This document shows positions 63,844 through 64,000 of a stretch of 64,000 nucleotides of DNA, piece after piece. Origin of the DNA: Chiloscyllium plagiosum (Eukaryota). Position 1 is the first letter of the stretch, and each line of letters starts with the position of its first letter. The stretch covers positions 46,609,533-46,673,532 of the forward strand of contig NC_057719.1 of the NCBI RefSeq assembly GCF_004010195.1, read 5' to 3'. The position numbers were made by a program, and so were the translations under genes. Under the pieces are notes generated by a model that saw only the letters and a program-made list of their open reading frames with translations, was not told the DNA's origin and ran no database searches.

Positions 63844-64000
63844 GACTTCCTCTTCCATAATGTGAACTGTTTCCAAAACATCAATATTTATTTCTCTGTG
63901 CTTTCTAGCCTCCATTTCTTTTTCCAAGGAGAAACAAATGCTTTAAAATATTCATTTAGTATCTCTCCCATCTTCTGAGATTCCTCTATTTAGATCCGTA

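Larger units (their letters stand above)
60290..64000 (-). mobile_element. CR1 LINE broken into four pieces by nested insertions (60290-60827, 61735-62388, 62575-62996, 63844-64000)
   Basis: CR1 sequence is collinear after removing inserts bounded by TSDs TGACCAGAA, GTCCAAGTAAACAAC and GACTTC. Confidence 0.8.

Overview
Eukaryotic, repeat-dense genomic DNA, most likely a cartilaginous fish (shark or ray): HE1-type V-SINEs and CR1/HER1-type LINEs dominate. This taxonomic call is inferred from repeat content only. The only host coding sequence I recognise is one 54-bp + strand exon (2367-2420, G-SSDDSSKAGLFALCTLD-G) matching ITFG2, so the rest of the window is probably one very long intron. That intron holds: a ~9 kb, 31-bp minisatellite that ends in a Rex1-type 3' tail; about 15 CR1 pieces, one nearly full length with an esterase ORF1; Rex1/Babar, Tx1 and L2-type LINE fragments; several SINE families; two Gypsy relics, one with a Gmr1-like layout; Harbinger Myb-gene relics; and many short Penelope-like insertions. 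These Penelope-like inserts carry at least four sequence families of minimal hammerhead-ribozyme motifs, often as head-to-head hairpins with clear target-site duplications (TSDs). One copy, at 50189-50216, has an intact catalytic core. Element boundaries were read by eye and are approximate unless a TSD is quoted. Assembly gaps lie at 15133-15212 and 63349-63421.
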